IMG/VR virus record: IMGVR_UViG_3300042298_003554 | Origin: an uncultured virus (IMG/VR IMGVR_UViG_3300042298_003554) | Lineage: Duplodnaviria; Heunggongvirae; Uroviricota; Caudoviricetes | Length of the DNA stretch: 64,000 nt | Direction: 5' to 3' (one strand) | Part shown: positions 1 through 8,230 of the stretch, piece after piece | How the letters are laid out: each line of letters begins with the position of its first letter | Numbering within the stretch: the stretch's first letter is position 1 | The notes under the pieces: generated by a model | Databases searched by the model: none | What the model saw: only the letters and a program-made list of their open reading frames with translations | What the model was told of the DNA's origin: nothing | Translations under genes and position numbers: made by a program

Positions 1-2
1 CT

Positions 3-101
3 AAAATAGAAGAATCGATTATACAAAAAACTCAATGCATTTCCGTAGACAGTCCAGACAATACTTATCTGTGTACAGAAAATTATATTCCAACACATAA
101 T
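3..101 (+). mobile_element. Intein C-terminal splicing region (blocks F and G)
   Basis: Translation KIEESIIQKTQCISVDSPDNTYLCTENYIPTHN|T gives a canonical block F and a terminal His-Asn (Asn codon 99-101). The +1 nucleophile Thr is at 102-104. Confidence 0.9.
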
Positions 102-593
102 ACTGGACGAAGACTAGATTGGGCAACCGGTCAAGAAAAAACCCAAGAAAAGTTAGAAAAAGATCCACAACTTAAAATTTATCACTATGCTATTAAAAAA
201 TTATATCCGCATATTGAAAATGTAATTTTTTCTATCTACTTTATTAATGATGGTGGTCCTTTTTCTATGGTATTTCATGATAGCGATCTCATAGACACAG
301 AAAATATGTTGAGAGAAAAATTTGATATTATTAAGAAAACAAAACGTCCTAAGCTTAATAAAACATGGATGTGTAATAAATTATGCCATTTCGGTAAAAC
401 CACTTTTGAAAATACTAGCATACAACCTTTGGAGGAATATAGAGATGGACAAATATGTCAAAAAGGATCTGTCATGACAAAGTGCGAACAAGTCAAGCAC
501 GACCTTGAACTTTATGGGATCGATGCTACAATGAGTATGTACAAACACCCGAATCATTCTTTTGGATCTTACAAAGCGCCAGGATCAGTATGA
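3..593 (+). CDS. 3' part of an intein-containing PD-(D/E)XK nuclease (Cas4/RecB/AddB-like); 5' end lies outside the window
   Basis: The frame of the 267..593 ORF is open back to base 3. After the intein end it reads TGRRLDWATGQEKTQEKLEKDPQLKIYHYA, with a QLxxY motif typical of RecB/Cas4-family nucleases. C-terminal cysteines (WMCNKLCHFG...C...C) resemble the Cas4/AddB Fe-S ligands. Confidence 0.7.
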   Translation, partial: KIEESIIQKTQCISVDSPDNTYLCTENYIPTHNTGRRLDWATGQEKTQEKLEKDPQLKIYHYAIKKLYPHIENVIFSIYFINDGGPFSMVFHDSDLIDTENMLREKFDIIKKTKRPKLNKTWMCNKLCHFGKTTFENTSIQPLEEYRDGQICQKGSVMTKCEQVKHDLELYGIDATMSMYKHPNHSFGSYKAPGSV

Positions 594-1888
594 CCTATTC
601 TGTTCTTCATTGTCATTCGCATTTTAGTCTTTTGGATGGTCTTAATCGTCCAGAACAAATAGCTAATAGATGTTCTAAATTAGGCATTAATTCTTGTGCC
701 TTAACCGATCATGGTAACATCGCCGGCTCTGTACAGTTCTATCAGAAAATGCGAAATAAAAATATAAAACCAATTCTTGGTTGTGAATTATATATATGTG
801 AAGATGATCCGAGTATACAAACAAAAGAAAATGCTTCATTATCACATTTTTTGGTATTGGCGAAAAATTTGCAAGGATGGAAAACCTTAATAAAGATTGT
901 TTCCGAATCTAACAGACCCGATTACTTTTATCATAAGCCGCGTTTAAGTTTGGCGAAATTAGCAGAAATACTGGATGGTAACATTATAGGTATTTGTGGA
1001 CATTTGGGATCAACATTAGCAGATAAGATATTATGCGACGAATCCAAAGCTATAGATAATGGATTATCTTTTGTGGACTATATGAAAACTATATTTGGCA
1101 CTGATAATTTTTTTCTAGAGACACAACTATTTGATCAAGCATATTTAAAACAACAAACATATTTGACAGATACAATAAGAAGAATTTCTGAATTAAGTAA
1201 AACAAAAGCGGTATGCACACCGGATGCTCATTATTGCGAACAAGACGATGCTATAGATCAAAGAATATTACTCTGTAATAATCTTAAAACAACATTATCA
1301 GATATAAATACTAAGATGCTTCATAATCAATCTGTACCTATGGAGTGTTTCTTTAAAAGTGACAAATACTATATTCTGTCTCCGGAAGAAATGAAAACTC
1401 TTCATAGCGATGAAGAGATAGAAAACACTTTATTTGTGGATAGTCTAATAGAAAATTTTGATATACTATCACCACCTAAATTACCTAAATTCGAATGTCC
1501 CGAAGGATTCTCTCCGGATGAATATTTAAGAGAATTATGTAGAAAAGGTTGGAAAAATAGAATTATACCGAATATTGACAAATCACAACACGATATTTAT
1601 GTTGATAGAATAAAATATGAACTACAGGTTTTGCAAAATGCTGGGCTTAGTAGTTATTTTCTAATTGTTCAAGACATACTAAGATATGTTAAAAATAATA
1701 ATTGGTTAGCAGGACCAGGACGAGGAAGCGCAGCCGGATGCTTGGTTTCTTATTTAATAGGTATTACAGATATAGACCCTATTAAACACGAATTACTATT
1801 TGAAAGATTTTATTCCGATGGCAGGAATGTAAAAGAACACATATCTTTTCCGGAATTTTCTATACAAACATTTAAAAATGGTGTATAA
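590..1888 (+). CDS. dnaE: DNA polymerase III alpha (DnaE), fragment 1: PHP domain plus start of palm
   Basis: HCHSHFSLLDG, LTDHGN, GCELY, HFLVLAKN, DAHY (PHP motifs), then GPGRGSAAGCLVSYLIGITDIDPIKHELLFERF. Stops before the catalytic PDIDxD motif. Confidence 0.95.
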   Translation: MTYSVLHCHSHFSLLDGLNRPEQIANRCSKLGINSCALTDHGNIAGSVQFYQKMRNKNIKPILGCELYICEDDPSIQTKENASLSHFLVLAKNLQGWKTLIKIVSESNRPDYFYHKPRLSLAKLAEILDGNIIGICGHLGSTLADKILCDESKAIDNGLSFVDYMKTIFGTDNFFLETQLFDQAYLKQQTYLTDTIRRISELSKTKAVCTPDAHYCEQDDAIDQRILLCNNLKTTLSDINTKMLHNQSVPMECFFKSDKYYILSPEEMKTLHSDEEIENTLFVDSLIENFDILSPPKLPKFECPEGFSPDEYLRELCRKGWKNRIIPNIDKSQHDIYVDRIKYELQVLQNAGLSSYFLIVQDILRYVKNNNWLAGPGRGSAAGCLVSYLIGITDIDPIKHELLFERFYSDGRNVKEHISFPEFSIQTFKNGV

Positions 1889-1906
1889 ACAGTATAATTC
1901 CGGAGG
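1847..1906 (+). promoter_or_regulatory. Predicted RNA hairpin sequestering the Shine-Dalgarno of the homing endonuclease gene
   Basis: TCCGGAATT (1849-1857) is the reverse complement of AATTCCGGA (1896-1904). Inner pairings: TATACA 1861-1866/TGTATA 1882-1887 and CATT 1869-1872/AATG 1877-1880. The 3' arm covers GGAGG (1902-1906), just upstream of ATG 1911. Confidence 0.6.
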
Positions 1907-1910
1907 CAAT

Positions 1911-2729
1911 ATGAAAGCTAAAATAAAAGACTATAAAAATAAGAGTTATAATTTACTTACTATAATAACTTTAGTTTCGGATAGTAAAGGAGAAACAATT
2001 GCTAAGTGTAAATGTAAATGCGGCAATGTCTGTTATAAGAAACTATCTATGATAAAGATTAACCATGTTAAAAGTTGTGGTTGTTTAGCAAAATCAACTA
2101 GATTTACTAAAAATAGTAAAAAAAAATTATTAAATGATTTCTCTAAATTAGATGCCGCATCAGCTTATTGGCTTGGTTTTATTTTTGGCGATGGAAATAT
2201 TAGTGATAGTAATAAGCTACAATTATGCTTGGGATCAGAATCAAAAAAACATTTGATTAAATTTTCTAAATTTTTAATAGGCTCTAATATAGTAAAAGAC
2301 TACGATAATAGGTGTACATTTCAATTTACTAGTGATATTTTAGCAAATAATATATCAAAATATGGTATTATACCAAGAAAAACATGGTATAGTACTTTAA
2401 AATTACCGTCGGATCAATTATTATGGCCAGATTTTATAAGAGGATATTGGGATGCTGATGGATGGGTTAGTATAAAAAAACAAACCAATAAAAATAAAGT
2501 CTACACTGGTTACAACATAGGTATATGTTCATATCTTCCAGAAAATTTGGAAACAGTATCCAAAGCCTTACCTGTAAAATATAAAAAACCAACAAAAATA
2601 AAAAATAGAGACTTGTATCAGTTAATATACCAAAACAAGAGTGAAATTAAAGTTATAGCAAAATATTTACTAAACAATCATTTATATATAGACTACAAAT
2701 GGAAAAAAATTCTATACTTACTAGACTAG
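1911..2729 (+). CDS. Free-standing LAGLIDADG homing endonuclease with an N-terminal Cys-rich DNA-binding-like module
   Basis: Two LAGLIDADG helices (AYWLGFIFGDGNI; FIRGYWDADGWV) and an N-terminal CKCKCGN...KSCGC module seen in phage homing endonucleases. Start moved from 1878 to ATG 1911 because GGAGG lies at 1902-1906. Confidence 0.88.
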   Translation: MKAKIKDYKNKSYNLLTIITLVSDSKGETIAKCKCKCGNVCYKKLSMIKINHVKSCGCLAKSTRFTKNSKKKLLNDFSKLDAASAYWLGFIFGDGNISDSNKLQLCLGSESKKHLIKFSKFLIGSNIVKDYDNRCTFQFTSDILANNISKYGIIPRKTWYSTLKLPSDQLLWPDFIRGYWDADGWVSIKKQTNKNKVYTGYNIGICSYLPENLETVSKALPVKYKKPTKIKNRDLYQLIYQNKSEIKVIAKYLLNNHLYIDYKWKKILYLLD

Positions 2730-3583
2730 TACATGAGATTAAAAGCCAGCCTATAATCGAAAGGTTAGAACAAGAAAAAAATAATAGATTTCTTGAACAT
2801 GAATGCTCTATAGTTCTTTCGGCTCCAGAAAATATATCATACTATAATCATATAATAGTAAATAAAAATATTTTATCCGAAAACACTATTAATAGTTATA
2901 TAATGTGGATATATGGTATTGTCGATCAGCTTGATAATACTCGTCCAATACAAAGCATTCCAGCCAGAATACAAATGCCAGATATCGATATAGATATCCC
3001 AATAGATAAACGAGAACAAGTATTAGAATATATAAAAAGTAAATATGGACATGGCAAAGTATCACAAATGATTACTTTTAATACTATGAAAGGTAGAGGA
3101 GCATTAAAAGATGTGCTAAGAGTATATGGTAATATATCTTTCGAAGAAATGAATTCTATTACCAAATTTATTCCTGACGAAGCAAAAATAGCCGACGAGC
3201 TTCAAGAGATGAAAGAAGATACCGGAGAAGCCTCAATTATTAGATGGGCCTTAGAGAATAATACAGACAAGCTTAAAGAATGGTGCTACATAGCAGAAGA
3301 TGGTTCGTTGGCTGGTCCATTGTCAAAAAGATTTGAACAGGCCATAAGGCTTGAAGGAACAAAATCCAACCAAAGCAAACACGCTGCTGGTGTAATAATA
3401 GGTACCGAAGATCTTGCATCTCTGTGTCCTATGGTCTATGATAATAGAAATGATCAGCTGATAGCGGGCATGGAGATGAATGATCTAGAGAGTTTGGGTT
3501 TAATTAAATTTGATATATTGGGTATAGCTTATTTGGACAAAATCATGTCTGTATCAGAATACCTAAAAAACGGAGAACTATAA
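2699..3583 (+). CDS. dnaE: DnaE fragment 2: catalytic palm/thumb with a ~90-aa N-terminal leader
   Basis: MPDIDID (2975-2995), KYG..KVSQMITF, RLEG...SKHAAGVII, GLIKFDILG. All three catalytic Asp positions of C-family polymerases fall in this ORF. Confidence 0.93.
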   Translation: MEKNSILTRLVHEIKSQPIIERLEQEKNNRFLEHECSIVLSAPENISYYNHIIVNKNILSENTINSYIMWIYGIVDQLDNTRPIQSIPARIQMPDIDIDIPIDKREQVLEYIKSKYGHGKVSQMITFNTMKGRGALKDVLRVYGNISFEEMNSITKFIPDEAKIADELQEMKEDTGEASIIRWALENNTDKLKEWCYIAEDGSLAGPLSKRFEQAIRLEGTKSNQSKHAAGVIIGTEDLASLCPMVYDNRNDQLIAGMEMNDLESLGLIKFDILGIAYLDKIMSVSEYLKNGEL

Positions 3584-3765
3584 TGTTAACAAAAACATTA
3601 GACCAAGTTGCTGTGGGCGAAAACTTTAAAGCTAATAATGTAGAATATACTAAGATCCAAGAAGTTAGAGTAAGTTGTTGCAGAAGCGTTAATTGTCATG
3701 TTGCAACAGATAGTAATCAAAGGACTTTTTTCCCAGGAAACACAGTAGTGGAGACAAATGGCTAA
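3583..3765 (+). CDS. Small hypothetical protein (60 aa, CC-x4-C)
   Basis: Start overlaps the stop of dnaE fragment 2 (TAATG), GGAG lies upstream, and its end overlaps the next start. Confidence 0.65.
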   Translation: MLTKTLDQVAVGENFKANNVEYTKIQEVRVSCCRSVNCHVATDSNQRTFFPGNTVVETNG

Positions 3766-4459
3766 TTTACAAAAAATTTGTGTATTTGATTTAGAAACGG
3801 ACGGGGCTAATCCTGACCTTTGTAGCCCCGTTCAAATTGCCTCTCTGATAATAGATCCATATAAATTAGAAATTATCAAAGACTCAGAATTTAATATTAA
3901 TCTAAAACCATCCATATTGGATGAAAAACCTGATTATATATATGATGATAGTGATGTTCTTGATTTCCATGCCAAGGTTAGAGGATGCGAGAAAACCAAA
4001 ATATTAGAGGACTGGAAATCTTATCAAAATCAGGATAATGGATGGAAAATGTTCGTATCTTATTTAGAGAAATATCATATAAGATCGGATAAAAAATCTT
4101 GTTTTACAGCACCAATAGCTGCTGGATACAATATAAATAGATTTGATCTTAGAATCATAGAAAGACTAAGTACGAAATATAATAATGTCAATAAGGAGGG
4201 AAGAACATCTCTTTTTTATCCACGAGACGTTATAGATCTAATGAATGTTATATTTTATTGGTTTGAAGGAAACAATGAACTAAAAAACTATACATTAGAT
4301 AATGTTAGAGAATACCTAGGTCTTGGCAATAGTGGATCTCATGATGCGCTAAATGATGTAAGAGCCACGGCTGATATTCTTATTAGATTTATGAAACTTC
4401 ATAGAAATCTTGGTAATAAGGTTAAATTCAAAAACGCGTTCGCCACAGCGTCCGCATAA
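3758..4459 (+). CDS. DEDDh 3'-5' exonuclease (DnaQ/epsilon-like)
   Basis: ExoI VFDLETDG, ExoII AGYNINRFDL, ExoIII SHDALNDV; sits between dnaE fragments. Confidence 0.9.
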   Translation: MANLQKICVFDLETDGANPDLCSPVQIASLIIDPYKLEIIKDSEFNINLKPSILDEKPDYIYDDSDVLDFHAKVRGCEKTKILEDWKSYQNQDNGWKMFVSYLEKYHIRSDKKSCFTAPIAAGYNINRFDLRIIERLSTKYNNVNKEGRTSLFYPRDVIDLMNVIFYWFEGNNELKNYTLDNVREYLGLGNSGSHDALNDVRATADILIRFMKLHRNLGNKVKFKNAFATASA

Positions 4460-4464
4460 TATTT

Positions 4465-6078
4465 ATGAATCATCACTATACGTTTGATTGTGGTTGTAAA
4501 TTTAAGGTATTGGACTATACCCAGGATGGTATTCCTAGAATAGATTTCGATGGCAAACTAGAAAATCTGAATCTAGAATGTTCCAAAACATGGGATATGA
4601 TAGCACAAGGAAACACAAAAGGCGTTTTCCAATTAGAGTCCAGACTAGGCTCTAGCATGTCCAAAAAACTTAAACCACAAAATATAGAGCAGCTTTCTGC
4701 ATTGATTAGTATTATGCGACCAGGATCATTAGAGGCATATAGGGAAGGCAAAAGCATCAGTGATCATTATATAGATAAAAAAAATGGTCTAGAAGAATTA
4801 GATTACTTCCATCCTTCTCTTGAGCCTTCATTAAAATCCACCTATGGCGAGATGATTTATCAAGAACAGGCCATGCAAATCGCTCAGGCGGTGGCCGGGT
4901 TCGATCTTCAAGAAGCCGATATGCTTCGTAAGGCCATAGGCAAAAAGAAACCAGAAGAAATGGCAAAAATCAAAGTTAAATTCAAAGATGGTGTTAAAAA
5001 ACTTAATATTGTCTCAGAAGATGAGAGCGAAGAAATTTTTGGTTGGATAGAAAAAAGTCAAAGATATAGCTTTAACAAGAGCCACGCTGTAAGTTATGCT
5101 ATGAATGCATATTCATCAGCATATGCAAAAGCACACTTTGCCAAAGTATTTTTTGCATCATATTTAAAGTTCGCAAAAGACAAGATGGATCCCCAAAAAG
5201 AGATCAAGGAATTAATTAGAAACGCGACAGAAATGGATGTTACTGTTTGCGTTCCAGATTTAAGAAAACTTAATAAACACTTTACTATAAACGATGATAA
5301 AATTTATTTTGGTTTAACAGATATAAAAGGTGTTGGTTATTCGGTATATGATAAGATTATGGAAATAGTCAAAAATATGGATCTTAATTCTATATCATGG
5401 TATGGATGCTTAGTAAAATTGCTCAATAAAATAAACTCTACAGCCGCTAAGGCACTAATATCGTGCGGAGCCCTTGATTATTATCATATGTCGCGCACAC
5501 AAATGTTGTTTGAATATGACATAATATCAGAATTAACATCTAGAGAATTAGATCTTTTAGATATAAACCAAAAACATCTAGGACAAGTTTTAGAGAATCT
5601 GCTGACTAATAGTAAGATTAATATCAAGCGAAAAACTAATATACAAAATTTGATTAAACTATATAAAAATCCACCATACTCACTAAACGATAAAATAGAA
5701 TGGTTATCTGACACAGAAAATGCGTTGCTTGGTGCGTCTATTACCTGTTTTAAAATAGACTCGTACGACATTAGTATGACCAACTGTGATTGCAAAATGT
5801 TTAAACATACCAATAATGTTAAAAATATTATTTTAGCTGGTGAAATTAGTAATATAAATTTTGTTAAGACAAAGAATGGGAAAAATGCTGGTGCAGAAAT
5901 GGCTTTTGTCACAATAGAGGATCAATACGCATCCTTGGATTCCGTTATCCTATTTCCTGATCAATTGTCTAAATATCGAAACTATCTATTCGAAGGAAAT
6001 GTACTAATATTTCTAGGCAATAAGAGTCCTAAAAAAGACTCTTTTATAGTAGAAAAATGTTTTATACCAAGATCTTGA
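4465..6078 (+). CDS. dnaE: DnaE fragment 3: fingers, HhH and OB-fold
   Basis: GNTKGVFQLES, ISIMRPG, TYGEMIYQEQAMQIA, ADMLRKAIGKKK, YSFNKSHAVSYA, FGLTDIKGVG, MAFVTIED. Confidence 0.95.
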   Translation: MNHHYTFDCGCKFKVLDYTQDGIPRIDFDGKLENLNLECSKTWDMIAQGNTKGVFQLESRLGSSMSKKLKPQNIEQLSALISIMRPGSLEAYREGKSISDHYIDKKNGLEELDYFHPSLEPSLKSTYGEMIYQEQAMQIAQAVAGFDLQEADMLRKAIGKKKPEEMAKIKVKFKDGVKKLNIVSEDESEEIFGWIEKSQRYSFNKSHAVSYAMNAYSSAYAKAHFAKVFFASYLKFAKDKMDPQKEIKELIRNATEMDVTVCVPDLRKLNKHFTINDDKIYFGLTDIKGVGYSVYDKIMEIVKNMDLNSISWYGCLVKLLNKINSTAAKALISCGALDYYHMSRTQMLFEYDIISELTSRELDLLDINQKHLGQVLENLLTNSKINIKRKTNIQNLIKLYKNPPYSLNDKIEWLSDTENALLGASITCFKIDSYDISMTNCDCKMFKHTNNVKNIILAGEISNINFVKTKNGKNAGAEMAFVTIEDQYASLDSVILFPDQLSKYRNYLFEGNVLIFLGNKSPKKDSFIVEKCFIPRS

Positions 6079-6102
6079 CAAAACGCTGCCGCTTGGTATA
6101 AT
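6075..6102 (+). promoter_or_regulatory. Sigma70-type promoter for ssb
   Basis: Perfect TTGACA (6075-6080), 16-bp spacer, extended -10 TGnTATAAT (TATAAT 6097-6102). AGGAG RBS at 6131-6135. Confidence 0.8.
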
Positions 6103-6143
6103 GTTATATAGTTGTAGCGTTTTTACTTTTAGGAGTTTTGAAA

Positions 6144-6512
6144 ATGAATATCACATTGTTGAAGGGTAATCTTGCACGAGATCCTGAGCTAAGAGTTGTT
6201 AATCCAAACGGAAAACAAACTAGCGTAGTAAACTTTACTATTGCTGTTAATAGAGACTATGTAAAGTCTAATGGAGAAAAAGACAGAATTACATCTTTCA
6301 TTAACTGCGAAGCATGGGACAGCGGAGCAGAAACTATTGCCGAATCCCTTAAAAAGGGAGATTTGGTTATGGTAGAAGGATCTCTTAGAAATGACACATG
6401 GGAAAAAGATGGAGTTAAGCATAGTAGTCTAAAAGTTAGAGTTAATAACTTTTCGAAGATCACTAAGCTTAGTAGATCAAAGGCAGAAGAATCAGAATCG
6501 GTTGCTTTCTGA
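6144..6512 (+). CDS. ssb: Single-stranded DNA-binding protein
   Basis: MNITLLKGNLARDPELR...FTIAVNR...FINCEAW...LKKGDLVMVEGSLR, with an acidic tail ending in F. ATG 6144 has the better RBS spacing. Confidence 0.95.
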   Translation: MNITLLKGNLARDPELRVVNPNGKQTSVVNFTIAVNRDYVKSNGEKDRITSFINCEAWDSGAETIAESLKKGDLVMVEGSLRNDTWEKDGVKHSSLKVRVNNFSKITKLSRSKAEESESVAF

Positions 6513-6535
6513 CAATACTCAAAGAGGAATGAATA

Positions 6536-6570
6536 TAGAATATTGGGGGTGAAACATCCCCCTTATTCTA
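6536..6570 (+). terminator. Intergenic stem-loop (terminator-like or processing site) after ssb
   Basis: TAGAATA-TT-GGGGGTG-AAA-CATCCCC-CT-TATTCTA inverted repeat; the U-tract is weak. Confidence 0.55.
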
Positions 6571-6577
6571 TTATATA

Positions 6578-8230
6578 ATGGCAAAATCTAAACTAAAAAT
6601 ATTGATGTGCTCCGAAGCCAGCTTCATAAATTCTGGTTTTGGTAAATATGCTTACGAGATTTTATCCAGATGGCATAAAACTAACAAATACGTTGTTGCA
6701 GAATTTGCTTCCTATGGTATGGTCAATGATCCGAGAGATAAAAATATAGACTGGATTTATTATGCAAATGCTGTGAGAGATAATGATCCTAGATATAAGG
6801 AATACATGTCTAGGACAGATAACCAATTTGGAAGGTGGAGATTTGAGAAAGTTCTATTAGACTTTAAGCCTGATGTTGTTGTTGACGTAAGAGATTTTTG
6901 GATGAGCGGCTACCAAACCTTATCTCCTTTAAGATCTTATTTTCATCATATCCTTATGCCCACAGTAGATTCTGCTCCACAACAAGAAGAGTGGGTAGAC
7001 GTATTTCTATCAACAGATGCCATTTTTACATATAGTGATTGGGGGGCAAAAGTTCTAAAAGAACAAACTAATAATAAAATTAAGTACATAGCAACAACCA
7101 GCCCAGGTGTAAATTTAAATATTTTTTCTATCAAAGATAAAAATCTACTACGTCAAAAATTTAATATACCACAAGAAGCTTTTGTGTTTGGTTCCGTGAT
7201 GAGAAATCAGAAACGCAAACTAATACCAGAACTCTTATATAGTCTTAAACAGATAATCTCCTTGCCCGAAATACAAAATACTAATCAAAAAATTTACCTA
7301 TATCTACATACCACATATCCGGACATGGGCTGGGATATACCGGAATTACTTAGCCAATACCAAGTATCCAACCATGTCCTATTTACATATCTATGCAAAA
7401 CTTGTCAGAATACTGAGGCTTGTGTTTTTAGTGGTCCATTAAAAGTGTGTTCAAAATGCCTAAATAAAACCTGTCAGTTTCCATCTGTATCAAATGGTGT
7501 TTCAGATACTCAATTAAGTGAAATATACAATCTGTTTGATCTTTATGTACAATATGCTATTTGTGAAGGTTTTGGTATGCCACAAGTTGAAGCAGGCGCG
7601 TGTGGGATACCTATTGCTACCGTAGATTATAGTGCAATGGTTGACATTATAGAAAAATTACAGGCGTTCAAAGTTAATCCTAGTTCTTATTTCAAAGAGT
7701 TAGAAACAAAAGCAATTCGTGTATATCCAAATAACAAAGATCTAATTGGTATTATACTCAAGCAAATAGCCAAACCAATACCGATTAGAAATACAGAAAG
7801 ATTAAAAATAAGACAACTAACAGAAAAATATTATAATTGGGATGATATATCCAAAGTATGGGAAAACTATTTTGATAATCTGGAATATAGAGCAGACTGG
7901 AACGTACCATTAACTATCTTAAATAAAGCCGATAAAACCCAGTCGGATGGTAATAAAAATAATTTTAGCGTATTAGCAAATCTTTGTAATAATTATGTAA
8001 GAAATGCAGATTTATTATCTTCATTTAAATTTTTGAATATGCTACAAAACGCTGATTATGGATTTAGCTATAATTCTCCAACCCAAATATCCGCATATGA
8101 TATTAATAATATATATGATTATATAAATGTTATGATAGATAACAATAATAGATCCGAAGATATAAGAAAAACAAATCATAAATTCGAAGAAGACTTTATT
8201 CAATACGCACATCTAAAAAATAACACATGA
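6578..8230 (+). CDS. Glycosyltransferase family 4 (GT-B) with inserted CxxC...CxxC Zn-ribbon
   Basis: KILMCSEA...SGFGKY N-terminal motif, RNQKRK, EGFGMPQVEAGACGIP (E-x7-E GT4 signature); CKTC...CSKC insert. Confidence 0.88.
   Translation: MAKSKLKILMCSEASFINSGFGKYAYEILSRWHKTNKYVVAEFASYGMVNDPRDKNIDWIYYANAVRDNDPRYKEYMSRTDNQFGRWRFEKVLLDFKPDVVVDVRDFWMSGYQTLSPLRSYFHHILMPTVDSAPQQEEWVDVFLSTDAIFTYSDWGAKVLKEQTNNKIKYIATTSPGVNLNIFSIKDKNLLRQKFNIPQEAFVFGSVMRNQKRKLIPELLYSLKQIISLPEIQNTNQKIYLYLHTTYPDMGWDIPELLSQYQVSNHVLFTYLCKTCQNTEACVFSGPLKVCSKCLNKTCQFPSVSNGVSDTQLSEIYNLFDLYVQYAICEGFGMPQVEAGACGIPIATVDYSAMVDIIEKLQAFKVNPSSYFKELETKAIRVYPNNKDLIGIILKQIAKPIPIRNTERLKIRQLTEKYYNWDDISKVWENYFDNLEYRADWNVPLTILNKADKTQSDGNKNNFSVLANLCNNYVRNADLLSSFKFLNMLQNADYGFSYNSPTQISAYDINNIYDYINVMIDNNNRSEDIRKTNHKFEEDFIQYAHLKNNT

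Noticed and set aside
3..593. CRISPR-Cas adaptation gene (cas4)
   Set aside because: No cas1/cas2 or array in the window; stand-alone Cas4-like nucleases are common in phage replication modules.
1829..2974. Group I intron or split intein explaining the dnaE interruption
   Set aside because: No Cys/Ser-start intein N-block, no His-Asn end, and no recognisable group I P7 (R/S) elements by eye. The interval is almost fully occupied by open, overlapping ORFs. Not formally excluded without a covariance-model search.
590..6078. dnaE pseudogene or stop-codon reassignment as the cause of fragmentation
   Set aside because: Catalytic motifs are intact, the fragments are separated by whole genes rather than single stops, and all other genes read as long ORFs in the standard code.
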